Source: the human T2T-CHM13v2.0 reference genome, Homo sapiens. Taken from it: a DNA stretch of 64,000 nt. Positions 14,845 to 30,094 of the stretch are shown here, in pieces (within the stretch, counting starts at the first letter, position 1; each line of letters opens with the position of its first letter). The translations under genes and the position numbers were made by a program. The stretch lies in assembly GCF_009914755.1 (NCBI RefSeq), contig NC_060928.1; one strand, written 5' to 3'. The notes beneath the pieces are model-generated. The model was not told the DNA's origin. It ran no database searches and saw nothing but the letters and a program-made list of their open reading frames with translations.

Positions 14845-16259
14845 ATTACTGGTGCCAAAACAGACATATAGATCAATGGAACCCCAGAAATAACACCACA
14901 CATCTACAACAATCTGAGCCTCAACAAACCAGATGAAAACAAGCAATGAGGAAATGATTCCCTATTTTATAAATGGTGCTGGGAAAACTGGCTATCCATA
15001 TGCAGAAAAGTGAAACTGGACCCCTTCCTTACACCTTATACAAAAAACTAGCTCACGATGGATTAAAAACTTAAATGTAAAACCCAAAACCATACAAACC
15101 CTAGAAGAAAACCTAGACAATACCATTCAGGACATAGGCATGGGCAAAGACTTCATGACTAAAACACCATAAACAATTACAACAAAAGCCAAAATTGGTA
15201 AGTGGGATCTAATCAAACTAAAGAGCTTCTGACAGCAAAAGAAATTAGCATCAGAGTGAACAGACAACCTACAAAATGGGAGAAAATTTTTGCAATCTAC
15301 TTACCTGACAAAGGTCTAGTATCCAGAATCTACAAGGAACTTAAACAAATTTACAAGAAAAAAAAACCCATCAAAAAGTGGGCAAAGGATATGAGCGGAC
15401 ATTTCTTGAAAGAAGACATTTATGCAGCCAACAAACATGAAAAAAAGCTCATCATCACTGATCATTAGAGAAATACAAATCAAAACCACAATGAGATACC
15501 ATCTTGCGCCATGAATGGCGATTACTAAAATGGCAATTATTATCAGAATGGCAATTATTAAAAAGTCAAGAAACAATAGATGATGCTGAGGCTGTGGAGA
15601 AATAGGAATGCTTTTACACTGTTGGTGGGAGTGTAAATTAGTTCAACCATTGTGGAAGACAGTGTGGCGATTCCTCAAGGATCTAGAACCAGAAATACCA
15701 TTTGACCCAGCGATGTCATTACTGGGTATATGCCCAAAGAAATATAAATCATTCTACTATTAAGACTCATGCACACGTATGTTTATTGCAGCACTATTCA
15801 CAATAGCAAAGACACAGAACCAACCCAAATGCCCATCAGTGATGGACTGGATAAAGAAGATGTGGTACATATACATCATAGGATACTATGTAGCCATAAA
15901 AAGGAATGAGATCATGTCCTTTGCCAGAGACATGGATGAAGCTGGAAACCATCATCCTCAGCAAACTAATGCAGGAGCAGAAAACTAAACACCACATGTT
16001 CTCACTTACAAGTGGGGGCTGAACAATCAGAACACATGGACACAGGGAAGGGAACAACACACACTGGGGCCTGCTGGTGGGGGGAGGGGAGGGAGATTAT
16101 TAGGACAAATGGCTGATGCAGGCAGGGCTTAATACCTAGGTGATGGGTTGATGGGTGCAGCAAACCACCATGGCACATGTACACCTATGTAACGAACCTG
16201 CATGTTCTGCACGTGTATCCTGGAACTTAAAGTAACAAAAAAAAAAAAAAAAAAAAAAA
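14845..16259 (+). mobile_element. 5'-truncated L1PA (ORF2 C-terminus, 3'UTR, poly(A))
   Basis: L1 ORF2 C-terminal peptides in the ORF track; flanked by aagtaccag(a/g)tta target-site duplication. Confidence 0.93.
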
Positions 16260-17211
16260 GGAAGTACCAGGTTAATATACCTTTCTCTAGGAATGTAAAA
16301 AGAAACAACTTTAAGACCTAAAGAATTTAGATGAATTGAATATATTTATTTATTTATTCAGTAAGCATATTTAGACTACCTACTGCATCAAGTCCTGCTA
16401 TTGAGTGCTGAGGTAAAAACTCAATACAAAGTATTAAAAAAAAAATCCACCTCCAGTTCTACATAGAGGTATGTACAGCAGTGATACAACAGCCCAACAG
16501 AAATGAAACTGTGCAGAGGTGACATCTAAACTGCTTCTCGAAAAAATGAAGACGTCCACCAAAGAAAGACAAGGGGACAGGAAGGAAGAGCCCATGAGGC
16601 TGGAAAGGTAGGTTTGGACACATTGTTTAAGAATAGAAGGGTTGGATGAAATCCCATTTTTGAAGGGAATCATAAGACGTTTTTAGGCATAAAAATGAGT
16701 TATATTCATACTTTTGAAAGATAATTCTGGCAGTATTGTATAGAATATATTAAACAGGAGAATGATTGTTAATAAAAAAAGAGTATGAGTAAAGAAATAA
16801 AGCATTACTTTATGAGTAAAGAAATGCTAAGTAACTGAATTAGTGCAGTTTTATAACTAGAAGGCACTCAAGAATCAATCAAAACTTGAAAAATATGTAA
16901 GACAGATGGATCAAAATAAATAATGATTAATAAAATAAAGTAGTAAACAGAATAGTACATTTCTGATTTCTTAATAAGGTATATCAACTGGTTGAAGAGA
17001 AAGTGGGAGAGGACTGAAGAGTAAACTCAAATGTCAAAAAATGATTTCTCCCAGAATCGAGTTTAAAGTTTTCTTAGGTAAGACTAGAAATTAAATTCTC
17101 TCTGTTAAAATAATATTTAGATTTCAGAGTAAACATCCAGCAGTGGAAAAAAAGAATAAACAACAACAACAACAAAAAAAACTTCGGAGAAAGAGAATTT
17201 TCAAGGTATCA

Positions 17212-17661
<450 letters not shown>

Positions 17662-18108
17662 TTAGGAATATAAAGATGAATAAGGCATCTTTATTCATCT
17701 GCTCTTGAGGAACTTATATTCTAGAGAAGAAGATAAATTCATTAACCAAGTATTTAATAACTGACAGATGTAATGACAAAAATCCACAGAAGACAAGGAA
17801 TACAGAGAGTACTGGCATTTCAACTAGCATATGAGGGAATGTTTCCTAGAGAAGACAAAGTAAAAATTAAATCTTAAAAGATGAGTAACATGGCCAGTTC
17901 AAGAAATGAGAAGACAATCATGGCAAAGGAAACAAAATGAGTACAGGTCTAGAGATTACTACAAGCACAGTGACAAGTGGCCTTCAGTTGTTGTAACATG
18001 AAATAGGAGACAAGAAGTGATGGAAAATGAGGCAAGAAAGGTTATCTAAATCTTGGACGGCCTTGTTTGTTTTTCCATGAGAACAAGTTTGGATTTTATG
18101 ATTCTTAA

Positions 18109-18382
18109 GGCCGGGCGCAGTGGCTCACACCTGTAATCCCAGCACTTTGGGAGGCTGAGGTGGGTGGATTGCTTGATCCCAGGAGTTCGTGAATATCCCT
18201 AGCAACATAGCGAGACCCTGTCCATTCAAAAAATTTAAAAAGTAGCCAGGTGTGGTGGTGCATGCCTGTACTTGGGAGGCTGAGGTGGGAGAATCGCTGA
18301 ACTCTGGGAGGTCAAGGCTGCAATGAGTCATGTTCGCGCCCCTGCACTCCAGCCTCGGCAACAGAGCAAGACACTGTCTCAA

Positions 18383-18421
<39 letters not shown>
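18109..18421 (+). mobile_element. AluJ with (AAT)13 tail
   Basis: Dimer; TSD tatg(a/g)ttcttaa. Confidence 0.92.
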
Positions 18422-18422
<1 letters not shown>

Positions 18423-18914
18423 TGGTTCTTAAGCAGAGAGGCTCATCAGAATCACATAGGGGGCTTTAAAAACATATATGTTTAGATTCTACTTCCTAAA
18501 GATACTAATACACTAGGTTTAAAGAAGGGGACTATGTATCTGAGTTCTCTAACAATTTCCCTAGTTAATTCTGTGTATTACATATACATTGAGAGAATGT
18601 CTATGATAGTATGGACCTAAACTGAACTGAGTGAGAAAAATGGGTTTCAAAAAGGAAGGCAGAGGAAGCTTGCCAATCTACAATGGTACAGTTTAAGGAA
18701 TTAAGAAAGATAGGCAATTCATTACAGAAAGGCAAAAGAAATAAAAACTAACAACGCTGAATATATTTCCAAATTAAGTTATGATAAAGAGAAAAATGGA
18801 TTAAAGTGAGTTAAAATTCTGAAGCTCTTGACTTTAAATTTTCTAGATGCATATGATACATATACTGAAACTTATATTCTGAAAATTCTTAAACTAAAAA
18901 AAGTTATTTTGTTA

Positions 18915-19291
<377 letters not shown>

Positions 19292-21141
19292 GAGAGTAAG
19301 GTTTAAATCCTGGCTCCACAATGCATTGTGTGACCTTAGGTAAGTTACCTAAATCTTTATGTGGACTCAATTTCTTCATGTGTAAAATGGAGATAACAAT
19401 ACATATTTTATAGGATTCTTGAGTATTAATTACATAACATATATAAATCACTCAGAACGTGGAACATAGTATAGAGTTAATAAATGTTAACTCTTACTGT
19501 TAATGTAATCCTTATCATTACTCAGGAGGCTATAGCAAAATGATTCCAGAGCTTAGAAATAAAGTTACCTTCACAGTAAGGATAATTAGACTCAGCACAG
19601 AAGGAATGAATTCAAGCTATATATATACTAACCAAACAAAGGGTCTCTGGCTGTGTAGCTGAGGAAACCTGGGGAAACACTCAAGTCTCATCAAAGACTG
19701 CATAAGCTTTTTAGAAAGTGATTAGGAAGGAGATAAGACAGCAAAGAGCAAGCAAATATTTCCTCAGACAATCACAGACCCCCTCCTCCTTCATACTGGA
19801 GGGACTCATTACACTGGAGTCTTAATTTTAGACCACAAAGAATAGCTCACTCTACCATTTACTAGGATAGACAAGACTAGAGGACATTCAATCATATCCA
19901 GCTTTGCTGTTAATAAATTATATTATTTATATTAGAAACAATTACCTGCATTTTAAGATTATGCTTAAAAAAAAAAGAGTGCTCTGCATACGAGGTAAGA
20001 AAAAAGGGAGAAGGCCAAGGAGTTGACAGTGTTTCTTTAGTAAGCAAGAGAAACAAAGTCAATATCTTCAATGCCAAGCATTTGTGTTGTAGGCAAAATG
20101 GGCCTTCTTGATAACTTAGGTAAAATATTCCTTGATATTAAATAATTCTTTACTCTATCTGATTACCTTAGTCTAGTAATTTATTTAAATGACCCTCTTG
20201 ATTCCCAGACTGTGCTCAGAGAGCACAGGGACTCTATCGTATTTCATAGTGTTATCTTTAGTACCCCCACAGGACTGCTTTTGCCTCCTATACTTAGACT
20301 TACCAAGAGTCAGTTTTTAGTTCTTAAATGTGTTTGTCAATTGTACTTGTTACTATAATTTCAAAATTTAAGTATTAATTATGTTCACAGATGAACTGTA
20401 AAAGAGTGTGGAAGAACTGTTTCTATGAACATTAAGTAGGTTATAAAACTAACGAGGCTTTAAACAATACTGAGGCCCTAAAAAGCCTCAATAAAGGTGA
20501 ATCACTACAAAAATTTGGTGTAGATAACATAATTTAAATGATTTTTTTTAAAAGAACCCTAAAAATCTGTCAGGAATTTTAAGTTACAAGGAGCTTAAGG
20601 ATTACAGAATCTTTATTTTCTATCCTGTGTTATGTTAGAGTATATATAAAATCTATATGGAATCTATATTAAAAGGGGCTCAGCCCTATATCCAAAAATG
20701 GGTGAATATACATTTAAATGTTTTAAATTAAATGTTTATGTTACTGTTACTTAATTCCTCTTAATCAATCAATTAGTGATCATGATGAATAAGGAGGCTT
20801 TCACTTTCTAAGAAATTATATGGTAGTTATTAGATTTTAAAGAAACTGCATAGATTTACATGCTGAAAAATTGCGTTTTTCATCTTTGCACAATGTATTT
20901 CAATTAAATGTCCATTTATTTATCAGTATTCCCACTAAATTATAAATTCCTTGAGAAAAAAGATCACGTCAATTCCTAGTTTAATAGTGCCCAACACTTA
21001 GTAATGCCCAATGAATAGGTAGATAATCTGTATTGTTTAAATTAAAAAAAATGCAAAAATCTGAAATCTGATTATTATGTGGCTGTTTAATACCAATTAA
21101 TATAAAATAACATTACTTACATAGAAAAGACAAATTCTTAC

Positions 21142-21227
21142 CAATTTATAGCTCCTCCATTACAGTTCTTCATAAGCAATGCTTTCCAACATTGATGAGT
21201 GGATTTAATAACTTCAAGAGCAAAAGC
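21142..21227 (-). CDS. PPA2: PPA2 exon 9, 86 nt: AFALEVIKSTHQCWKALLMKNCNGGAIN(C)
   Basis: Acceptor gagctag|GCT, donor TTG|gtaaga; in frame with exon 8; phase 0/2. Confidence 0.96.
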
Positions 21228-21466
21228 CTAGCTCCAAACAAATAAAAAAAGACGTATTTAATATCAGTCACATTGTTACACTAACACAAAACTAATCTTG
21301 TGATGACAGTTAATTGTTAAGAGCATGAGCTCCAGAGTCAGGCAAAGCTTGGTATAAATTCTGGCTTCCTTATTTGTCAGCTGTGTGACTTTGGGCAGGT
21401 TACTTAAGCTTGCTAAGCCTCAATTTCTTCATCTATGAAGTAGAATATAATAGGGATAATCTATAT

Positions 21467-21674
21467 CAGGGGTTGGCAAACTAGGAACTATGGGTAAAAT
21501 CCAGTCTGCCCCCTGTAAAGTTTTACTGAACAGTCACATTTGTTTGTGTTTGGCCTATGGCTGCTCTAGTACTACGATAGCAGAGTTGAGCAGCTGTGAC
21601 AGAAATCATACGATCTTCAAAGCCTAAAATATTTTCTATATGACCCATTACAGAAAAAAGTTTGCCAACCCCTG
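21467..21674. mobile_element. MER58A (hAT-Charlie) nested in a MIR (about 21305-21760)
   Basis: Terminal inverted repeats caggggttggcaaact / agtttgccaacccctg. Confidence 0.88.
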
Positions 21675-22441
21675 ATCCAAGTCACAGAGTTGTTGAAAGA
21701 GTAAGTGAGATGACATATGTAAAGTGCTTAACCCAGTACCCGGCTTGTCAGTAAGCATGCACCCATTAATCTCAGCATCATCAAAACTGCAGGCAGTCTA
21801 AATGTAGTTTTTTCAATCGAAGTAATTTTAGACTATCCACTGTCTGAAAGCAGTACATCTCCTTGACATTTATGACATTGTCTAAAAATGCATAAGCAAC
21901 AATAGATATACCTCTTGTTGGATATACATCCAGTAAGAACATCTAAGGAAAACTTGCTTTATAATTCCAAAGCAGAAAGTTCTTTAGAGTTTTTTCCCAA
22001 AAATTGTTGTTTGTTTTCCTTAAGGAGAGTCCTTACTGGTTAGTTCAAAGTAGCTCCTTTCTTCTTCAATGATAACTAAACTCATTATGATAATAAAGAA
22101 ACTAAAGAATCTTGGGAACTGAGGTACAGTAATAATGGGAAATTTATCCTCTGAAAAGAGAATTTCTCTCGGGTCTACGATTGCCTGCGATGGAGGACGA
22201 CTTATATCTTAATGAGATAGTGTTGGGCGGGAATCTCACTTCAGATACAGGACAAGAAATCTAATACATTATCTGATTATGTAAGGATAGATTTTTAATC
22301 AAATTATTTGGATAAGTGTGATTATTTAGAACCAATTTCAATACTTGTTTAAAGGAGTGGCAAGAAAAACCCACAATAAAAGAAAGGAGCCATCTTTCCA
22401 ACCATGTTAAAGAGGCACAAATCAATTCTTGAGTTATACCC

Positions 22442-22858
22442 TGCTATGGTTTGAGGGGATTTGTCCTCTCAAATCTCATGTTCAAATTTGATCCGCAGTG
22501 CTGGAAGTGAGGCCTAATGGGAGGTGTATGGATAATGGGGGTGGATCCCTCATGAATGGCTTGGTGCCTCCTCAGAGTAATGAGTGAGTTCTTGCTGTTA
22601 GTTCCCACAAGAACTGATTGTTAAAAAGAGCCTGGGCACCTTCCACCTCTCTCACTTGCTTCCTCTCTCACCCTGTGGCATGCCTGCTCCCCCTTCATCT
22701 TTTGGCATGACTGGAAGCTTTCTGAGGTTCTTACCAGAAGCAGATGCCAGCACCATGCTTCTGGTATAGCCTGTAGGACTGTGAGCTAAATAAACCTTTT
22801 CTTTATAAATTACCCAGCCTCAGCAGTTCTTTCATAGCAATACTAAGGGCACTAAGGC
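22442..22858 (+). mobile_element. MST-family (ERVL-MaLR) solo LTR
   Basis: tgctatggtttga start; gactgtgagctaaataaacc and ataaattacccagcctcag near the end. Confidence 0.88.
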
Positions 22859-23927
22859 TCTATATTTTAAATAGCAGTAGTAAAAAGCAATGCATAAAAC
22901 AATTATTTTCTGGTGAAGTTGTATAAATGACCTCATCTTTATACAGAAAAGAATTACTATTTGTTAAAAACAAACAAAAACCAAAAACTACCTCATTCTT
23001 TACAAATTCGTGACTTGGCAGACTTACCCTGAGGCAAAAATACCATATAGGTTTAAAATTTCAATTATCTGAATAATAAAATGAAAATTTTTAAAAGAAA
23101 AATAATGTATAAATTTTCAATCCTTTAAGATAATTTAATCTAAAATAATAATTTTATATTTACATTTAATAATCCCAGACAAAGCCCTCAAGATTTGAAG
23201 GATTCTTTTAATGTGCTTTCAAAAAAACAGAGTCCAGCAATCAATTCTTTTACAGCAAAATACCCATTATAAATTTTAAGTTTTCATTAACATGCCTTAT
23301 TTCACTTATAAAACATACTTACTGGTATCCACTTAAAAGTTGGTTTCAAATATTCAATTTACCTAGTGGTAATAACTTTAAAAAAAATTCCATGCTTTAG
23401 ACTTTAACTCTTTGGTCCATTCTCTCCATTTGTGTCATATTAGAGATACTTTGTGGTAACTCAGTGGTATTCTAATAGAAAAATCCTATGACAGTAAGAT
23501 AATTCAGGTGTCCTTTCAATTGTTAAGCAGCTTAGTTCCGTCGTGGTAGAATGAACACTTAGGAGGGAGGCCCCTATGGATTTACATTAAGGGTGAGTAA
23601 CTTTCTCCTCCACAAAACAGTAAATAGAAAGTTTTTCTATGTACACAATTTGCAAAATTAGTCTGATCATGAAATTCCTTCATTTTCCAAGACGTAGGAG
23701 CTATAGACACATAGATGGAAATATATATTTTTCAGCCTTGTTGATTCACTTAGATCTTCTGAAACAGAATTTAAATAATAAAATAATGTTTTTAAATATG
23801 TAAGTTAGTAAAAAGCACTTTTTTAACCATGCTATATATACATATTCACATAAGAAACTTCCCAAGTGAAACGAATATTGTACAGGTATCAGGAGGTACA
23901 TTTTAAAATAAAGATTCTCATCTTCAC

Positions 23928-24055
23928 CTTGTTTTTGAATTCTCCATTAAAAGCAAACTGGTTTTCTGGTTTTCCATCTGGTACCTTATATAATCTAAAC
24001 CAATTAAGAGTAGCTTCCAGGTAACCCGGTTTGAACTTCTTAACATCATCAATAT
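23928..24055 (-). CDS. PPA2: PPA2 exon 8, 128 nt: (D)[42 protein letters not shown]
   Basis: Acceptor ctttacag|ATA, donor AAG|gtgaag; [11 protein letters not shown] motif; phase 1/0. Confidence 0.98.
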
Positions 24056-24662
24056 CTGTAAAGAAAAAAACAAAAAGATGTTTTGTTAAGAACCAAAATT
24101 AATTCCCTTTAGTGGCAGAGCATTGGACTGAGCGAGCCAGGAAACATGGGGCCCAGTCTAACCAGAAGCACAATTGATTATGATACCTAGAGCAGCATCA
24201 TCATTGATATGTATATCACCTTCAGACTTTTGTGTTTTCATATGTATAATACTATTCCTGCACTCCACAAACATTTACAAAGCATCTTCAGACAATGTGC
24301 TATGTATGGGGAATAAATGGATGGATACAACAAAGTTCTTTTCATCAAGATACTCAGTTTTTAACTCAGGGAAAGAGACAAAGAGATAAACTGCAATTAA
24401 AATGCAATGAGGTTTTAACAGAGATAAACAGAAGCAATGGTAATGTCATAGAAGAGGGAGTAAAAGAAAGCATTATAAAAGTGAGAAGTACATCACTAAC
24501 TGGACAAGAGGGGAAAAGGTAGAAGGAACAGCACACATAAAAGCAAGGGACTATATTTTAGAATATACAAAGATGGTTCTGCATGGATAGAACATCACTG
24601 TTAGGAGGCAGGGGAGAGGGAGGAGACACCTAGGAAAAGCCAGTCACTGAGGATCATATACA

Positions 24663-25030
24663 CAGCAATCTCCCTTTATCCACGGTTTTGTTTTCTGCAG
24701 TTTCAGTTACCTACAGTCAACTGAATCCAGAAATATTAAATGGAAAATTCCAGAAATAAACAATTCATAAGTTTTAAATTGCATACCATTCTGAGTAGCC
24801 TGATGAAATCTTGCACTGTCCTGCTCCATCCTGTCCAAGACATGAATCATCCCTTTGCCCAGTGTGGCCACATTCTATATACTACCCACCATTAGTCACT
24901 TAGTAGCCTTCTCAGTTAGCAGATCCACTGTCTTGATATGGCAGTGCTTGTGTTCAGTTAACCCTTATTTTGCTTCAGAATGGCCACAAAGCACGAGAGT
25001 AGTGGTGCTGGTAATTTTATTACAGTATAT
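24663..25030 (+). mobile_element. MER44-like (Tigger) DNA transposon
   Basis: ccctttatccacggtttt..ttcagttacc..aaatggaaaattccagaaataaacaattcataag. Confidence 0.8.
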
Positions 25031-25254
25031 TGTCACAGCATATTGTATTGTATACAATATATTTATTAGAGCATATTAAAATTATACTGTTTTGTTATAA
25101 CAAAACAAACAGGGATGTTTTGCAAAAATTAATTAATATTGAGTTCCTTGAACGAACGGTTTTCTTATTCAGAGGGGAAAAAAATCTTTTAGTCTACTGA
25201 CGGCGAGTGTCTAGAAATGCAATTTAATCAATGCCCAAGATAAATAATTTTCTA

Positions 25255-25511
25255 GGCCAGGTGTGGTGGCTCATGTCTGTAATCCCAGCACTTTGGGATC
25301 ACCTGAGGTCAGGAGTTTGAGACCAGTCTGGCCAACATGGTGAAACCCCATATCTACTAAAAATACAAAAAAAATTAGCTGGACATGGTGGTGATTGCCT
25401 ATAGTCCAAGCTACTCAGGAGGCTGAGGCAGGAGAAATGCATTAGTCCAGGAGGTGGAGGCTGTAGTCAGCCAAGATCACGCCATTGCACTCCAGCCTGG
25501 GCAACAAAGCA
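25255..25511 (+). mobile_element. AluS with internal deletion and no poly(A) tail
   Basis: TSD ataaataattttct on both sides. Confidence 0.9.
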
Positions 25512-27016
25512 ATAAATAATTTTCTGTTGCTTAAATCTGATTTATGACTTCATCGTTGTACCTTACTCAAACTAACATTTTCTCTTCCACTGTATATAAC
25601 TTTTACAAATCATATAACTTTTATATGATTTTTGTTACTTAACTCACTGACTTCCAAGGAGAAAGAGAAAGCTAATTATCTAATATCTACCTCAGTCTAG
25701 GAGGCTTTCTCCCCAAAAGTCATAAAGAGGACCCAATAAGCAAAGACACAAATTAGGAAAAAAACTGAAAATTTTATAATGGAAATAGGAAGTATAACTC
25801 TCCAAATATAAGCTAAACTTTTCCATTCTCAACTAATTATACCCTAGGAGAAAACAGCTGCATTGTCCCAAATAACAAAACAAAAAAATTACAGTAAGAT
25901 ATTTAAACATTTTTAAAACCTTAATAGCAAATGCCTGAAGCCAAATTCTTATATCCAATGCCAACAGTCAGTTCAATAACCCCTCTGAAATTATAAAAAG
26001 TTCCAGCTAAAGTGTATAAACTTATTTGTAGTTTATGAAAAGCATACATAGATATATATAAAACTTAAACTTGTTCCTCACGAAATTCCTGAGAGTTAAA
26101 AACAAGTATGTTTATATTCAACATAAGAAAACTACAGCTAAGATAGTTTAAAAGCCTTGCCAAAATCTATCCAACTCACTCATGATAGAACTAGTATTAT
26201 ATAAATACAAGACTTCTAATTCCATGACTTCTGCTTTTTCTTCTATACTGCATAGTAACATTGCCCAAAAGTTTTATTTACATTTAAAAAATGTAAGTAA
26301 AGATGTATTTTTTCAGTTTTCTTTTATTGTGATAAAATATCCATAATATAAAATTTGCCATGTTAAGCATTTTTAAGTGTATAATTCAGTGACATTAAGT
26401 ATGTCTACAATTTTGTGCAACCATCAACACTATCCATTTGTAGGACATCTTTGATTAGATATATTTTTTTACAATCTATGTTATTTTAAGAAAAGTGGCA
26501 GTTCTCTAGTAGTCATTTATTCCCACTTGTGGAATTAATTTTATATGAATTTTAGAGATGAACTAATCCAATAAAGTTAGGATAATCTGGAAAAGCTATA
26601 TATGTAATTAAGCTAAATCTATTTCAGTTTCTAATTTTGATTACAAATTAAGCTCTTTTAATCGAACTCTACTTGATCAACTTACTGGACTGATTAGTAA
26701 AGACTCTACTTTTGTAGAACATTCTGATTAATGTTCACATATTATGTATGCTGACTCTGGCAGAGTACTCTAGAATGAAGCCCACACTTCTATTTCCATC
26801 AGTTAAGTTTTAGCTTTACCAAGCATCAGGTGTGTTTATTCCCAAACCATTTATGCTAACTGTATCTTTTATTATAATTATGAGATGTAATTAAATATTA
26901 CATACACCAGTGAATTTATGAGTACAAAAAAGTGTTTGTCTTTATGAAGTTAATTTGAATGTTCTGAAAGAATTCAATAAAACATTGCTAAAATATCTGT
27001 TGTCAAATTAAGCCTG

Positions 27017-27160
27017 GAGCTAGGTGCCATGGCATGCCCCTAATCCCAGCTACTTGGGAAGCTGAGGTGGGAGGATTGCTTGAGCCTAGGAGTTTGAGAC
27101 CATTCTGGGCAACATAGTGAGACCCCATCTAAAAATAAAAACAAAAAAGAAAAAAAAAAT
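27017..27160 (+). mobile_element. FLAM (free left Alu monomer)
   Basis: Monomer with A tail; flanks aaatta(a/g)gcctgg. Confidence 0.8.
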
Positions 27161-27869
27161 TAGGCCTGGGTAAGAAAACAGTTAAACATTAGGAGGAAAA
27201 AAACCATAAAAATCTACAGTTATGCATATAGGCTGCTTTGCAAGTAAGGAAAGAAGAGAATTGTAGATATGAGAGGTCAGGGATATCCTCTGGTGAAATC
27301 ACTTTAGTAGAGTCTTGGATGAACTGTAGGAGCAACTCATTCAGGTATCTGAAAGGAGTGCAGTCTGGGAGGAAGACAGTAAATGCAAATCTTCTGAACT
27401 AAGGGTGTGCTTTTAACATTTCAGGGAGACAGTAAGAAAGTCCCATGGCTAGAGCACAGTGAAAAAACAGAAAGTATTAGGAGATACGATTAGAGAAGCA
27501 GTCACAGGCCAGTCACAGAGGACTCTAAGGGCCATACTAAGGATTATAGCTTTAACTTTGGGATGGTTTTGGGCAGAGGAGTAAATGTTTTAAGATCTTT
27601 CTATCTGCTGTGTAAAGAAAAGACTACATAGAGGAAAAAATGGAAGCTGGAAGTCCAATAAGGGGCTGCTAAGAGAGTCTACTTAGGTGAACTATGATGA
27701 GGGCCTAGACAAACGTAGTTGTATGGAGGTAGTGATAAATGGTAAGATTTTGGGTATGTTTTAGAAAGTAAAACTCAGAGGAATTACCAATGGAAAAAAA
27801 ATTAACAATAATAAACCAGTAAAGATGAGATGTACATGAGATGTAAAACTGAAAGCAGTCCTCAAAATT

Positions 27870-28251
<382 letters not shown>

Positions 28252-29689
28252 TAAAAAAGGCTTTATAAAGAGTGTCATAACTTCTGACAAATAGTGTGCA
28301 GCCATGATTTACTTTCAAATTTGAAAGTTTAATTAACAAAGATTATATAGAATCTCCTTAAGGGAATTTTTGTATTAAAACTATAAAAATATGTTTTATA
28401 AATAATCATAGTTCTATATAAATACATTGAAAATATCGTAAATTTCTCTCTAAAATTCCAGTTGAAAAACAGGTAATAATGAAGCAATATAACAGACAAA
28501 TCTTAAGGTTCCATTGGGTTTTTCCAAGTCCAGAGCTCTCACTTCAATTTAGTTTTTCTTAACTAACTTTGGTTTATGTTTCTATAAAAGAAAACCTATA
28601 ATAACTTAATGAAAACCTACCATTTTATCTCTGCAGACATGAGATAAATCTAACATAATACTTTCTAAGAGAAACGTTTATGACTTTTTTTTCCTTCACT
28701 GGGGATACTGTATATCTTTCATATAACCAAATTTCCTTTCCATATAAACCAATTCACTTGTTTCTAAAATCTAATTGGAAAATTCTTTCTACTCTTTTTT
28801 TTTTTTTGAATCCAAAAACACACTCTGTTGCACCAGGGGGGTTTCTAATCACATGAGTTTGCCAAGACTTCAATATTACCCACACTTCAGAATTAAACAT
28901 ACTTTGGAAGTAAGTTAATAGTAATGATATGACTTCAAAAGCCAAATTGATAAGGTATATTTTATATACAAAGACCATGAACAGTATATATGAGAGAGAA
29001 ATTTAGAGAAAGTATGAGACCTATTTAATCTAGAGACATATTAAAACAATAACATTTAAAAATAATTATATACCAAAAAAAAGAAAATGTTAAGAAATTT
29101 TAAACACATGGAAATTAAGACAACACATTCTATAAGTACAATATAATAAATTTAAAGATCAACAATAAACACATTTAAAAACTCTTGCCTACTGAAAAAG
29201 AACCACCCCCAATCCCCTGATTTTTTAAATATAATTAAAAGATAAATATTAAAAGCAAATAAACAAAGAATAAAAAGTCTTACTAAATAAATAACTTTCG
29301 GGTCCAAAAGAAAATCAAAACTCTAAAAATATTCAGAAAATAATGACAATGAGAACACTCAGGAAGTTTCTAACAAGAACTAAAGAAAAACATGTTTGGA
29401 ATCAGACAGCACTAAGTTTAAATTCCATTTCTGGTACTTCCATATTGTATCACTTTGGGAAAAATGTACTACCTGTTTCTTCAAATCCAGAATAGGGAAG
29501 AAGAAATCAAGGTTGTCATGGGGATTAAATTATGGGTGAAAATCACCTAATAAAAGGGAATAATTCTTAACAAATATCAATCATTATCTCTCCAATTCCC
29601 CAAAACTTTGTCCATGAACACAGCCAAAGTTATACTTACAGGCAAATTAATAGCTTTACAAGCTTTTATCTTTCAAAAATAAATACACA

Positions 29690-30094
<405 letters not shown>

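Noticed and set aside
17674-17700. 10-bp hairpin agatgaataa/ttattcatct (similar one at 25607-25631)
   Set aside because: Short AT-rich stems expected by chance or trivial slippage.
28828-28845. CTCF-like gcaccagggggg (also gacaggaggggcacta near 30554)
   Set aside because: Only partial matches to the core motif; not supportable without ChIP data.
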